Positions 19,721 through 28,867 of a DNA stretch of 64,000 nt are shown here, in pieces. The position numbers were made by a program, and so were the translations under genes. This DNA is from Bacteroidales bacterium. Lineage in GTDB: Bacteria > Bacteroidota > Bacteroidia > Bacteroidales > UBA932. Below the pieces are notes generated by a model, which did not search any database, was not told the origin of the DNA, and saw only the letters and a list, made by a program, of their open reading frames with translations. Where the stretch lies: the NCBI GenBank assembly GCA_028700975.1, contig JAQVRQ010000003.1:2175-66174 (forward strand). The letters are read 5' to 3'. Numbering within the stretch: the first letter of the stretch is position 1; every line of letters begins with the position of its first letter.

Positions 19721-20536
19721 ATGGATTTAATTAATGAAAAAATGTTACGCGGGAAGAGCGGTAATGGTCTAAAAATAATGATTCAGGTAGATTTTGAGGG
19801 TGTCACGAACGTTGTCAATTGGGATGAAATTTATCCTGGGCATCCTCATTTTGACAGAAATTGTGATATTCTAACCGGTGAAATAAATGCAGCGGTGGAG
19901 GGAGCTATTGCAGCAGGTGCAACTGAGATTATTGTAAGGGATGGACATTCCGGAAATATTAATGTTAATCCACTTCTGTTAGATTCAAGAGCTAAACTTA
20001 CAAAAGGTCGTGTTCCCGGAACTCCTCATACGATGGTTCTGGGAATTGACTCTACTTATGACGCTCTACTATTTATTGGTGCCCACGCAAGGGCAGGTGA
20101 GCAGATGGGTACTCTTTCACACACAATGTCTCTAAAAGTTATTGATTTTAGAATTAATGATAGACCTCTTTTTGAGCCTGCCTTTAATTCTCTATACGCT
20201 GCGCAATTTGGTGTGCCTGTTGTTTTTCTCTCAGGAGACAATATGGCTTGTAAAGAGGCCTTTGATAATTTCGGTCCAATTGAGACAGTTGAAACTAAAT
20301 TTGCTCACGGGAGAAATTGTGCTACCAGTAAATCTCCACAGGTGGTCTATCGTGAAATTAGAGCTGGTGTTGAAAGAGCGCTTATGAACCTTGATAAGGG
20401 GTGTGTTTTCACAATGGAGAGTCCTTACCGTATGAAGCTCGAAGTTTCACAAGAAGAGAGTGACGAACCTATTCGTGTTGATTATGAGTCTGAGGTTCTC
20501 TATGATGTTATGAAAAAATTCTGGGAATATTTGTAA
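19721..20536 (+). CDS. M55 family zinc D-aminopeptidase (DppA-like)
   Basis: DFEG (DxE), RDGH, GAHA, LSHT and GVPVVFLSGD motifs. Confidence 0.85.
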   Translation: MDLINEKMLRGKSGNGLKIMIQVDFEGVTNVVNWDEIYPGHPHFDRNCDILTGEINAAVEGAIAAGATEIIVRDGHSGNINVNPLLLDSRAKLTKGRVPGTPHTMVLGIDSTYDALLFIGAHARAGEQMGTLSHTMSLKVIDFRINDRPLFEPAFNSLYAAQFGVPVVFLSGDNMACKEAFDNFGPIETVETKFAHGRNCATSKSPQVVYREIRAGVERALMNLDKGCVFTMESPYRMKLEVSQEESDEPIRVDYESEVLYDVMKKFWEYL

Positions 20537-20539
20537 GCT

Positions 20540-21514
20540 ATGAAAACAAAGAAATTTTTTATTGTCCTAATTGGGACATTGGCTGCATTTGTGATCCAAT
20601 CTTGTGGTCCGGTTGTTGAGTTTTTCAATATTGACCAACGTATTCCTGCAGAGTTTCAGGTGGACTTGATAGATAGAAATATATCTGTCTTCTCCTCTAC
20701 AGATGCTTTAAAGGATTCTGCAATTGTTGATAAAGAGTACTTTGTGTCTGATTCAATTATTATGTTGAATATGGCACTCGGACTTGCTGAGGGTTTGGAG
20801 TCAAATCTTAAGCTTGACACAGGTAAAATTAAAGTTTTTAATCAGACAGGTTCGGATAGAAGCGAACTTGATAATCCATCTTACATTAAAACTCTTTCTC
20901 TAAATTCAGCTGCAGATCTGCTCTTTGTTATTGAACACCTTGATATGGGTACAATGCAACTTTATAAGCTTACAGGCGAGGTTCCAGAGGGTAGTGCAGG
21001 CATATTATATGTCTCTCTCCCTTTTAAGATGGAGGTAGGTTTATACGATGGATTCTCCGGGCTTCCTGTTTTTCGCAGAGAGGTTGCTGATACAATTTAC
21101 TGGGAGGTGATATCCCGGATGGATTTAAAGGATGAGGTAGTTGCTTCAAGGCTTTACTCCTCTATGTATGATATCTCAAAAAAACTAGGCAGCTCTTTTT
21201 CATCAAGATTTTTTGATGAGTGGATTCCTGTTGAGAGGTATCTTTATACTTTTAATTCTAGGCCTTGGGCAGATGCTTTTAGACTATCTCAGGAGTTTAA
21301 ATGGAAAGAGGCATTGGATATTTGGATGACTCTTACTGAAGAGGCTACTCCGGTCAAAAGGGCCTCTGCTGCATTTAATATTGCAGTTGCTTTGGAGATG
21401 ATGGAGCAGTATGATCTTGCATTTGAATGGCTTAATGTAGCCGAGTCAAATTATCTTCTTAAGGGTATACCTGGTTATAAATCCATACTTGAGAAGAGAA
21501 TTGAAAAAAGATAG
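20540..21514 (+). CDS. Lipoprotein with C-terminal TPR-like helices (DUF6340-like)
   Basis: Lipobox IQSC; WKEALDIW...AAFNIAVALE...AFEWL TPR-like tail. Confidence 0.65.
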   Translation: MKTKKFFIVLIGTLAAFVIQSCGPVVEFFNIDQRIPAEFQVDLIDRNISVFSSTDALKDSAIVDKEYFVSDSIIMLNMALGLAEGLESNLKLDTGKIKVFNQTGSDRSELDNPSYIKTLSLNSAADLLFVIEHLDMGTMQLYKLTGEVPEGSAGILYVSLPFKMEVGLYDGFSGLPVFRREVADTIYWEVISRMDLKDEVVASRLYSSMYDISKKLGSSFSSRFFDEWIPVERYLYTFNSRPWADAFRLSQEFKWKEALDIWMTLTEEATPVKRASAAFNIAVALEMMEQYDLAFEWLNVAESNYLLKGIPGYKSILEKRIEKR

Positions 21515-21689
21515 AAAAACGGCTCCCAGACGCCATAGAAAGACCATCTTGTTTAATGATAGTGAGATGGAGGCTATTCAAAAATATTGTAAGAGGTACA
21601 AAGTAAGCTCTCAAGCGAAATTTTGCAGAGAGGCAATCATATCTGCAGTTCTAAAAAGGTTTGATGAGGACCATCCTACACTATTCTAA
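21501..21689 (+). CDS. Small basic protein, predicted ribbon-helix-helix-like fold
   Basis: 62-66 aa (TTG 21501 or 21489); strand RKTILFN then two amphipathic helices; ends DEDHPTLF. Confidence 0.7.
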   Translation: MKKDRKTAPRRHRKTILFNDSEMEAIQKYCKRYKVSSQAKFCREAIISAVLKRFDEDHPTLF

Positions 21690-21695
21690 AAAAAA

Positions 21696-22013
21696 GGTGG
21701 GTCTGTAAGCCGGATTCTGTACCCTATGGGTCTCTGTCATTTATCTAATGCAGCCTACCCCCCGACAACGAACGAGCAGTCCTTGACTGCCGGTATACTT
21801 GGCCTTGCAGGAGGCTGTTCGTACCCCGATAATGTCACCACCACCGGTTGTGGGCTCTTACCCCGCATTTTCACCCTTACCCTGCTATGAGGGCGGTTTT
21901 TTTCTGTTACGATTTGCCTGAAGTTACCCCCAGCTGTGATTTCCACAGAGCCTTGCTCTCTCCTGTCCGGACTTTCCTCCCCCCATTTCTGAAGAGCGAC
22001 AGAGCGACCCACC
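21696..22013 (-). ncRNA. rnpB: RNase P RNA (type A)
   Basis: Minus strand has GAGGAAAGTCC near the 5' end and ACAGAATCCGGCTTA near the 3' end; P1 is GGTGGGTC/GACCCACC, followed by a T-run. Confidence 0.95.
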
Positions 22014-22018
22014 TGCTG

Positions 22019-22026
22019 CAAATGTA
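22019..22026 (-). promoter_or_regulatory. -7 element (TACATTTG) for rnpB
   Basis: TAnnTTTG 5 nt upstream of P1. Confidence 0.75.
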
Positions 22027-22057
22027 CGAATATTTGCACCAAGGGGATAAATTTATT

Positions 22058-22065
22058 TATCTTTG
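22058..22065 (+). promoter_or_regulatory. -7 element (TATCTTTG) for the TPP-riboswitch operon
   Basis: TAnnTTTG 15 nt upstream of the aptamer. Confidence 0.7.
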
Positions 22066-22080
22066 CCCTGCATTAACCAA

Positions 22081-22155
22081 TGCTTGGGGGTGCCCATACG
22101 GGCTGAGATTACACCCTTTTCACCTGATCCGGATAGTACCGGCGTAGGGAAAGCG
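22081..22155 (+). promoter_or_regulatory. TPP (thi-box) riboswitch aptamer
   Basis: GGGGTGCCC..GGGCTGAGA..ACCC..CCTGATCCGGATAGTACCGGCGTAGGGA with P1 TGCTT/AAGCG. Confidence 0.93.
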
Positions 22156-22199
22156 ACTCCTTGTATCTCTATATCCCCCTGCATATAAATTAATTTTAA

Positions 22200-24419
22200 A
22201 TGAAAAGATTAGCTTTATTGTGCGGGGTAATTATCTCACCAATTATGGTCCTTGCCTTTCAAAACGGGCAAAAAGAGAAAACAGTATTAAACAAGTTGGA
22301 TAGCATTGTTGTAGAGGCTTGGCGAGCAGGTAAAAACACTCCTGTTAGTCACTCTGAGCTTAATCCCAGGGAGGTTAGAAGTATATCTCCGGTTCATTCT
22401 ATACCTATGGCTCTCTCTCTTATGCCCTCTGTGGTTACTACTACTGAGGGAGGAAACGGACTTGGGTACTCATCAATGAGAGTCAGAGGAAGTGATGGCT
22501 CAAGAACTAATGTGACAATTAATGGTATTGCAATGAACGATGCCGAATCGCAGGAGGTTTTTTGGGTTAACATCCCTGCCTTTAGTACCTTTATTCAGGA
22601 TATTCAACTTCAAAGAGGGGTGGGAACATCTACTAATGGTCCCGGGGCATTTGGCGCAAGCCTAAATTTAAGAACTCTTTATACTACACCTGAAGCATAC
22701 GGGATGGCGGAAACGGGTGTTGGAAGTTACAATAGCTTTTCTGCAACTATTGGTGCAGGCACAGGCTTGACAAGAAGTGGTTTGTCATTTGATGTAAGGT
22801 ATTCGAGAAGTCTAGGTAAAGGTTATATCAGAAATGCCAAGAGTGATCTCTCGTCACTATTTGCAACCGCAGGATGGTTTAATGGCAAAACTGCAATAAG
22901 ATTAAATTATATTTATGGTGACCAGTCAACAGGTATAACCTGGGAAGGTATCTCCAGAGAAATGATGGAGAGTGACAGAAGGTTCAATCCAGCCGGTCTC
23001 TATTATGACCAGGCGGGAAATATAAAGTTTTATGATAATGAGACTGATAATTATACTCAGCATCATATTCAGGCCATTTTTACAAGAGAGCTGTCAGATG
23101 GTTTAACCTGGAATAGTGTGCTTCACTATACAGATGGAAAGGGATATTATGAAAACTATAAAGGGAATAAAAGATTCTCGGACTATGGACTTCCTGTGCA
23201 AATTATTAATGGAGAGGAGTATAAAAAATCTGACGTCATAATTAGGCAATCTCTTGCAAATGATTACTATGCAGCCTCTTCTACTCTTCAATACACTATT
23301 GATAGAGTTAGGGCTACTGCTGGAGTATCCTACTCTTACTACGATGGATCTCACTTTGGGAATATGATTTGGGCAATGTGGGATCAGAATATTCCGGATA
23401 ATTATATGTGGTATCTTAATAATGGTTACAAAGGAGATCTCTCTGCTTTTACAAGGGCTGAGATATCTGTTGGGAAAAGTTTAATTGTTTTTGCAGATCT
23501 TCAGTATAGAAATATCGGCTACTCGTTAAGAGGAGATGATAAGGATTTTGTAGCTCTTGATTATGATATGAATTATAATTTCTTCAACCCAAAGGCTGGA
23601 TTAACATATAATTGGGGACGAAGTCGTTTTTTTGCATCGGCTTCAATAGGTAGAAAAGAGCCGGGAAGGACTGATATTAAAGAGTCAATTAAGGCGGGGA
23701 AGGCAGGTTTGATAAAACCGGAGAGATTATTAGACATTGAAGCTGGCTACTCTTTTACCAGCGATAAAATTGTACTCTCCGCAAATCTGTATTTAATGGA
23801 GTATAAGGATCAGCTTGTTCCTACGGGAAGGCTAAGTGAAACAGGATATGTCATTAAGGAGAATGTCCCTGTCTCATTCAGAAGAGGAGTTGAACTTGCT
23901 GCCGCTTGGTCTCCCTTCACATTTATGAGACTTGATGGGAATCTCTCTTTGAGTTTAAATAAAATTAGGAATTATACTCACTGGACAGATTTGTACGATA
24001 ACCAAGATGAGTGGAATCCTCTTCCTCAAACCAGTCAGTTTTTTTCTAGTACAAATCTTCCGTTCTCTCCTTCATCTGTTGGTATGGGAATGATTACCTT
24101 TTTGCCATCTTCAAACTCTTCTCTCTCCTTTTACGGTAAACACGTGGGTAAACAGTTCTATGATAATACGTCTAGTAATGACAGGACTATTCCTACATAT
24201 TTTGTAATGGGCTTTAAGGGTATGAAGAGCTTTAAAATAAGGGGCACATCTCAACTTGAACTTGGTATATATATTGATAATTTGCTTAACAGAAAGTATT
24301 TTTCAAATGCGTGGGTATATATGGCAAAATTTGCAGATGGCTCTTCTCCATACGTGGAGGAGGGTCTCTATCCTCAGGCAGGAATAAATTTTATGTTTAA
24401 GGCAGCATTTAGATTCTAA
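22200..24419 (+). CDS. TonB-dependent receptor, probably for thiamine
   Basis: Signal peptide, plug motifs (RVRGSD..RTNVTINGI; GAFGASLNL), C-terminal Phe; lies downstream of the TPP riboswitch. Confidence 0.88.
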   Translation: MKRLALLCGVIISPIMVLAFQNGQKEKTVLNKLDSIVVEAWRAGKNTPVSHSELNPREVRSISPVHSIPMALSLMPSVVTTTEGGNGLGYSSMRVRGSDGSRTNVTINGIAMNDAESQEVFWVNIPAFSTFIQDIQLQRGVGTSTNGPGAFGASLNLRTLYTTPEAYGMAETGVGSYNSFSATIGAGTGLTRSGLSFDVRYSRSLGKGYIRNAKSDLSSLFATAGWFNGKTAIRLNYIYGDQSTGITWEGISREMMESDRRFNPAGLYYDQAGNIKFYDNETDNYTQHHIQAIFTRELSDGLTWNSVLHYTDGKGYYENYKGNKRFSDYGLPVQIINGEEYKKSDVIIRQSLANDYYAASSTLQYTIDRVRATAGVSYSYYDGSHFGNMIWAMWDQNIPDNYMWYLNNGYKGDLSAFTRAEISVGKSLIVFADLQYRNIGYSLRGDDKDFVALDYDMNYNFFNPKAGLTYNWGRSRFFASASIGRKEPGRTDIKESIKAGKAGLIKPERLLDIEAGYSFTSDKIVLSANLYLMEYKDQLVPTGRLSETGYVIKENVPVSFRRGVELAAAWSPFTFMRLDGNLSLSLNKIRNYTHWTDLYDNQDEWNPLPQTSQFFSSTNLPFSPSSVGMGMITFLPSSNSSLSFYGKHVGKQFYDNTSSNDRTIPTYFVMGFKGMKSFKIRGTSQLELGIYIDNLLNRKYFSNAWVYMAKFADGSSPYVEEGLYPQAGINFMFKAAFRF

Positions 24420-24997
24420 TGAACTGGATTGAGATAACGGGAGCAATCTCGGGATTTATATATGTAGTTCTTGAGATAAGACAGAAGAGGGCAATGTGGA
24501 TTGTGGGTGCCCTCTCTGCTCTTATGTATATTATTGTATTCTTTAGCTCTTCACTTCACGCTGCAGCGTTACTTCAAATCTATTACCTTATTGTAAGTGT
24601 ATATGGATGGAAGAGGTGGGGTGGAGGAGGAGATTCTTCTGATAATAGTGGAATGAATTTAAATGTGACTGTTAAGTTGCCTTTTAAAAGGGCTGTTTAT
24701 TCAATTATTGCGGCTTTCGTTGGGTTTATTTTTGTCCAATATTTACTTTCCAATTTCAGTGAAGATCCATACCCTTATCTTGATTCATTTGTTGCAGTGT
24801 TGAGTATGTTGGCTACTTGGTGGGTATCTGGAAAGTACATTGAAAACTGGATATTGTGGATTATTGCAGATTTAGCAGCGGCAATTCTCTTCTTTTGGCA
24901 GGGGCTCTATGCTACTGCAATACTTTATGTTGTATATATGATTGCAGCTGTGGTTGGGTTTTTACATTGGAGAAAGTTCCCAGTCAAATTGAAATAG
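24419..24997 (+). CDS. pnuC: PnuC-family vitamin transporter (PnuT-like, thiamine)
   Basis: SVYGWKRW, YPYLDS, ENWILWIIAD motifs; TAATG-coupled to the TonB receptor. Confidence 0.88.
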   Translation: MNWIEITGAISGFIYVVLEIRQKRAMWIVGALSALMYIIVFFSSSLHAAALLQIYYLIVSVYGWKRWGGGGDSSDNSGMNLNVTVKLPFKRAVYSIIAAFVGFIFVQYLLSNFSEDPYPYLDSFVAVLSMLATWWVSGKYIENWILWIIADLAAAILFFWQGLYATAILYVVYMIAAVVGFLHWRKFPVKLK

Positions 24998-25011
24998 TTG
25001 GTCAAAATGAT

Positions 25012-25019
25012 TACCTTTG
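25012..25019 (+). promoter_or_regulatory. -7 element (TACCTTTG) for the kinase-murQ operon
   Basis: TAnnTTTG 24 nt upstream of ATG 25044. Confidence 0.65.
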
Positions 25020-25043
25020 CGAATTATTTAAACCCCCGGATAT

Positions 25044-25880
25044 ATGCGTTTAATAGCAGACAGCGGCTCAACCAAGGTAGATTGGAGAGCTATTCATAGT
25101 GACGGTTCAATTCAAAAGTTAACCACCGCAGGTATAAATCCCTTTTTTCAAACAGAAGATCAAATAATATACGAGCTGGAGCAGCATTTGCTCCCTGATA
25201 TTAGTGCAACTGTTACTGAGATCCATTTTTATGGGGCAGGTGTTGCATCTCCGGAGAAGATTCAGGTACTTCAGAACTGCTTCAGGAGGGTGTTTCCAAA
25301 ATCACGCGCCAATGCATACTCAGATTTACTTGCTGCGGCAAGGGCGCTATGCGGTAGAAAGCCTGGTATAGCAGCTATACTTGGGACTGGTGCTAATTCG
25401 TGTTATTACAACGGAACAGATATTGCCGATAATGTTCCTGCTTGTGGATACATTCTTGGAGATGAGGGTAGTGGTGCTGTACTTGGTAGAAAGTTTATAT
25501 CGGATTATCTTAAAAGACAGCTTCCCAAAGATCTTAATGATCTTTTTAGTCAGAAATATGATCTTACCTACGGATCCGTTATTGAGAGGGTATATCGCCA
25601 ACCATTTCCAAATAGATATTTGGCCACCTTTTCTGTATTTCTAAATGAAAACAAGAATCATCCTCACATTGATAAACTATTGAGAGATAGTTTTGAGGAG
25701 TTCTTTACAAGAAATATTATGCAGTATGATTACAAGAAATATAAGGTAAATCTTGTAGGTTCAGTTGCTTATCATTATCAGGATGTACTTGAACAAGTTG
25801 CAGAAAAACTGGGTGTAAAGCTAGGAACTGTTCTTAAGTCCCCAATTGAGGGACTTGCTCAATATCATAAATCATTGTAA
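25044..25880 (+). CDS. BadF/BadG/BcrA/BcrD-family amino-sugar kinase (GlcNAc/MurNAc kinase, MurK-like)
   Basis: IADSGSTK, GINP, FYGAG, ILGTGAN, GYILGDEGSG motifs; adjacent to murQ. Confidence 0.85.
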   Translation: MRLIADSGSTKVDWRAIHSDGSIQKLTTAGINPFFQTEDQIIYELEQHLLPDISATVTEIHFYGAGVASPEKIQVLQNCFRRVFPKSRANAYSDLLAAARALCGRKPGIAAILGTGANSCYYNGTDIADNVPACGYILGDEGSGAVLGRKFISDYLKRQLPKDLNDLFSQKYDLTYGSVIERVYRQPFPNRYLATFSVFLNENKNHPHIDKLLRDSFEEFFTRNIMQYDYKKYKVNLVGSVAYHYQDVLEQVAEKLGVKLGTVLKSPIEGLAQYHKSL

Positions 25881-25901
25881 TAAAGAATCAAATTGACCCC
25901 A

Positions 25902-26726
25902 ATGAAGATTACAGAACAAAATTCAAGGTATAGCGACCTTGACAAAATGGCTACACTGGAGTTGCTCCAGAATATGAACAGAGAGGATAAGACTGTTCCA
26001 GACGCAGTTGAGAAGTGTATTCCTCAGATTGAAAAAATTGTTGATGGCATTGTTGAGAGAATGAAGAGAGGGGGGAGACTTTTCTATTTGGGAGCAGGTA
26101 CAAGCGGAAGACTTGGTATATTAGATGCTTCTGAAATTCCACCTACATTTGGAGCTCCTTTTGACCTTATTATCGGACTTATTGCCGGAGGTGACTCTGC
26201 TATCAGAAGAGCTGTTGAGGCTGCTGAGGATAATTGGGAAATGGGCTGGAATGATATGCAGCAGTTTGGTGTAGGTAAAGATGATGTTGTGATAGGCATT
26301 GCCGCCTCCGGAACTACTCCCTATGTAATTGGAGCAGTAAAAGAGGCACGTAAAAGAGGTATGCTTACAGGATGTATTACCTGTAATCCAAACTCTCCTC
26401 TATCTGCTGAGGTTGATATACCTATTGAGGTGGTTGTAGGTCCTGAGTTTGTAACTGGTAGTACCAGAATGAAATCGGGTACTGCGCAGAAGCTTGTTTT
26501 AAATATGATCTCAACCACTGCTATGATAAAGCTTGGAAGGGTAAAGGGGAATAAAATGGTAGATATGCAGTTAACCAACGCCAAATTGGTGGAGAGGGGT
26601 ACAAAAATGATAATGGAAGAGGCTTCAATTTCTGATGCAGCTCTGGCCAAGAGGCTCCTTCTTGAGTATGGTTCGGTTAGGAAAGCAGTAGACTATTACC
26701 TTAACAGCAATCAAGGTAAAAACTAA
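25902..26726 (+). CDS. murQ: N-acetylmuramic acid 6-phosphate etherase
   Basis: GAGTSGRLGILDASEIPPTFG, GIAASGTTPYV, GPEFVTGSTRMKSGTAQKLVLNM motifs. Confidence 0.95.
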   Translation: MKITEQNSRYSDLDKMATLELLQNMNREDKTVPDAVEKCIPQIEKIVDGIVERMKRGGRLFYLGAGTSGRLGILDASEIPPTFGAPFDLIIGLIAGGDSAIRRAVEAAEDNWEMGWNDMQQFGVGKDDVVIGIAASGTTPYVIGAVKEARKRGMLTGCITCNPNSPLSAEVDIPIEVVVGPEFVTGSTRMKSGTAQKLVLNMISTTAMIKLGRVKGNKMVDMQLTNAKLVERGTKMIMEEASISDAALAKRLLLEYGSVRKAVDYYLNSNQGKN

Positions 26727-27349
26727 TGTATAGAAGTAACTTATCCTCTTCACTTTTACAGGATGCAGTGGATGAACTCTCATCTTTGCCGGGAATTGGA
26801 AGAAAAAGCGCATTAAGATTTGCTCTTCATCTTCTGAAACAACCGTCAGAAAACGTTGAGAGGTTTAGTAAGTCTATCCTCAAGATGAGAAAGGAGATTA
26901 AGTATTGCAAAAATTGCAATATGATATCAGATTCGGACATATGTCCAATCTGCTCCTCATCGTCGAGGGAGAGATCACTGGTCTGTGTTGTTGAGAGTAT
27001 AAGAGATGTTATCAGTATAGATAATACAGGCCAGTACAATGGCCTTTTTCACGTACTTGGAGGAATTATCTCCCCTATGGATGGAACAGGTCCATCTGAC
27101 CTTTCAATAGATCATCTTGTTTCACGTGTTGCCGGGGGCTCTGTCAAGGAGGTCTTCCTTGCTTTAAGTACAACTATGGAGGGTGAAACAACTGCCTATT
27201 ATATTTTTAAGAAATTAAACCAATTTGATATAAAAATCAGCACAATTGCCAGAGGCGTAGGTTTTGGTGATGACCTTGAGTACACAGACGAGGTTACTCT
27301 TGGTCGTTCAATTCAGAATCGCCAACCATTTGTGCCACTTAGTAAATAA
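26726..27349 (+). CDS. recR: Recombination mediator RecR
   Basis: LPGIGRKSA HhH, C4 zinc finger, HVLGGIISP and TMEGETTA Toprim motifs. Confidence 0.95.
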   Translation: MYRSNLSSSLLQDAVDELSSLPGIGRKSALRFALHLLKQPSENVERFSKSILKMRKEIKYCKNCNMISDSDICPICSSSSRERSLVCVVESIRDVISIDNTGQYNGLFHVLGGIISPMDGTGPSDLSIDHLVSRVAGGSVKEVFLALSTTMEGETTAYYIFKKLNQFDIKISTIARGVGFGDDLEYTDEVTLGRSIQNRQPFVPLSK

Positions 27350-27365
27350 TTTAACAGTGACTTAT

Positions 27366-28865
27366 ATGCAACATGACTTCCCTCTATCCTGGCTGCTGAT
27401 AGCCTTCTCGCTTTATACAGCGCTACTATTTTTTATTTCGTGGCTTACATCGCGTAAGGCAGATAGTGGATCTTATTTTCTTGGCAACAAAAAATCTCCC
27501 TGGTATATTGTAGCCTACGGAATGGTGGGTACATCTATTTCAGGAGTGACATTTATTTCTGTTCCCGGAAATGTGCTCAACCAGAATTTCTACTATATGC
27601 CTTTGGTTCTTGGTTTTCTGGTTGGATATATTGTAATTGCTAAGGTACTTATTCCTCTGTACTATAAGATGAATCTAACATCTATATATGGATACCTTGA
27701 AAATAGATTTGGGTTTTTCACATATAAAACGGGTGCATCTGTATTTATGGTCTCCAGAATACTTGGAGCAGCTGTAAGGATTTTTGTTGTGGTGCTCGTA
27801 CTCCATACTTTTCTTCCACAAGATTCTGTACCCTTTTGGCTAGTTGCCTTTATATTTATGTTTTTAATTTTCCTATACACCTTCAAGGGAGGGGTTAAGA
27901 CGATTATTTGGACAGATGTATTGCAGACTACTTTTATGCTCCTTGCAGTAGGTCTTACAATCTATTTTGTAGCAAAGGAGATGCAGTGGGGAATTGGAGA
28001 TATGGCAAAAGCTGTTACAAGTACAGAATATGCTCAGTGGCTGGACTGGGAGTGGAGCAATTCTACTAACGCAATTAAGCAATTCATTGCCGGTATATTC
28101 ATAACAATTGTTATGACAGGTTTAGATCAGGAGATGATGCAAAAAAATCTATCCTGTAAGAATATTGGAGAGGCGCAAAAAAATATTTATACTACAAGTA
28201 TTACAATTGTTGTGGTTAACTTCTTCTTCCTGCTTATGGGAGCTGTCCTTGCAATATTTGTAAGTTCAAAGCTTGGTGGAATGGAGGGAATTGGCCTTGC
28301 AAACGAATTTGGTGAATTTACCAAAGCACAGACAGATAAGCTTTTCCCGACTATTGCAAGTCAATATTTAGGATTGGGTGTGGGGCTGTTTTTTATAATT
28401 GGTCTTATTTCTGCCTCTTATCCAAGTGCAGGAGGAGCACTTACCTCCCTTACAACATCTTTCTGTATAGATTTTGTCGGTTTTGGAAAGAGGACCGATT
28501 TATCAGAGCCGCGTAAAAAAAGTATCAGACAGCGTGCTCACGCAGGCTTTGCAATTCTCTTCTTCCTTATAATCCTTGTTTTGTATAAGGTTAACAATCA
28601 GGCAGTTATTGACTTGGTGTATCTCCTGGCAGCATATACATATGGTCCTCTTCTTGGATTCTTCTTCTTTGGTATTTTAACAAAATACACTGTAAAGGAT
28701 AAGTATATGCCATACGTTGCAATTGCTTCTCCAATCTTATGCTTTTTATTGGACTATGCGGGGCAAGAATTTTTGGGTTTTGGCTTTGGATTTACAATTC
28801 TTATAGCTAATGGGTTATTTACGTTTATTGGAATGTATCTACTCAGAGACGGAAAAAAAGTCTGA
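27366..28865 (+). CDS. Sodium:solute symporter (SSS family)
   Basis: YFLGNK, SISGVTFISVPG, SIYGYLENRFG, GGVKTIIWTDVLQ, DQEMMQK motifs. Start taken at ATG 27366; the ORF-track extension overlaps recR. Confidence 0.9.
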   Translation: MQHDFPLSWLLIAFSLYTALLFFISWLTSRKADSGSYFLGNKKSPWYIVAYGMVGTSISGVTFISVPGNVLNQNFYYMPLVLGFLVGYIVIAKVLIPLYYKMNLTSIYGYLENRFGFFTYKTGASVFMVSRILGAAVRIFVVVLVLHTFLPQDSVPFWLVAFIFMFLIFLYTFKGGVKTIIWTDVLQTTFMLLAVGLTIYFVAKEMQWGIGDMAKAVTSTEYAQWLDWEWSNSTNAIKQFIAGIFITIVMTGLDQEMMQKNLSCKNIGEAQKNIYTTSITIVVVNFFFLLMGAVLAIFVSSKLGGMEGIGLANEFGEFTKAQTDKLFPTIASQYLGLGVGLFFIIGLISASYPSAGGALTSLTTSFCIDFVGFGKRTDLSEPRKKSIRQRAHAGFAILFFLIILVLYKVNNQAVIDLVYLLAAYTYGPLLGFFFFGILTKYTVKDKYMPYVAIASPILCFLLDYAGQEFLGFGFGFTILIANGLFTFIGMYLLRDGKKV

Positions 28866-28867
28866 TA

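Noticed and set aside
21755-22147. ORF-track ORFs 21755..22042 (-) and 21848..22147 (+)
   Set aside because: They overlie rnpB and the TPP riboswitch; they are open only because the structured RNA is GC-rich.
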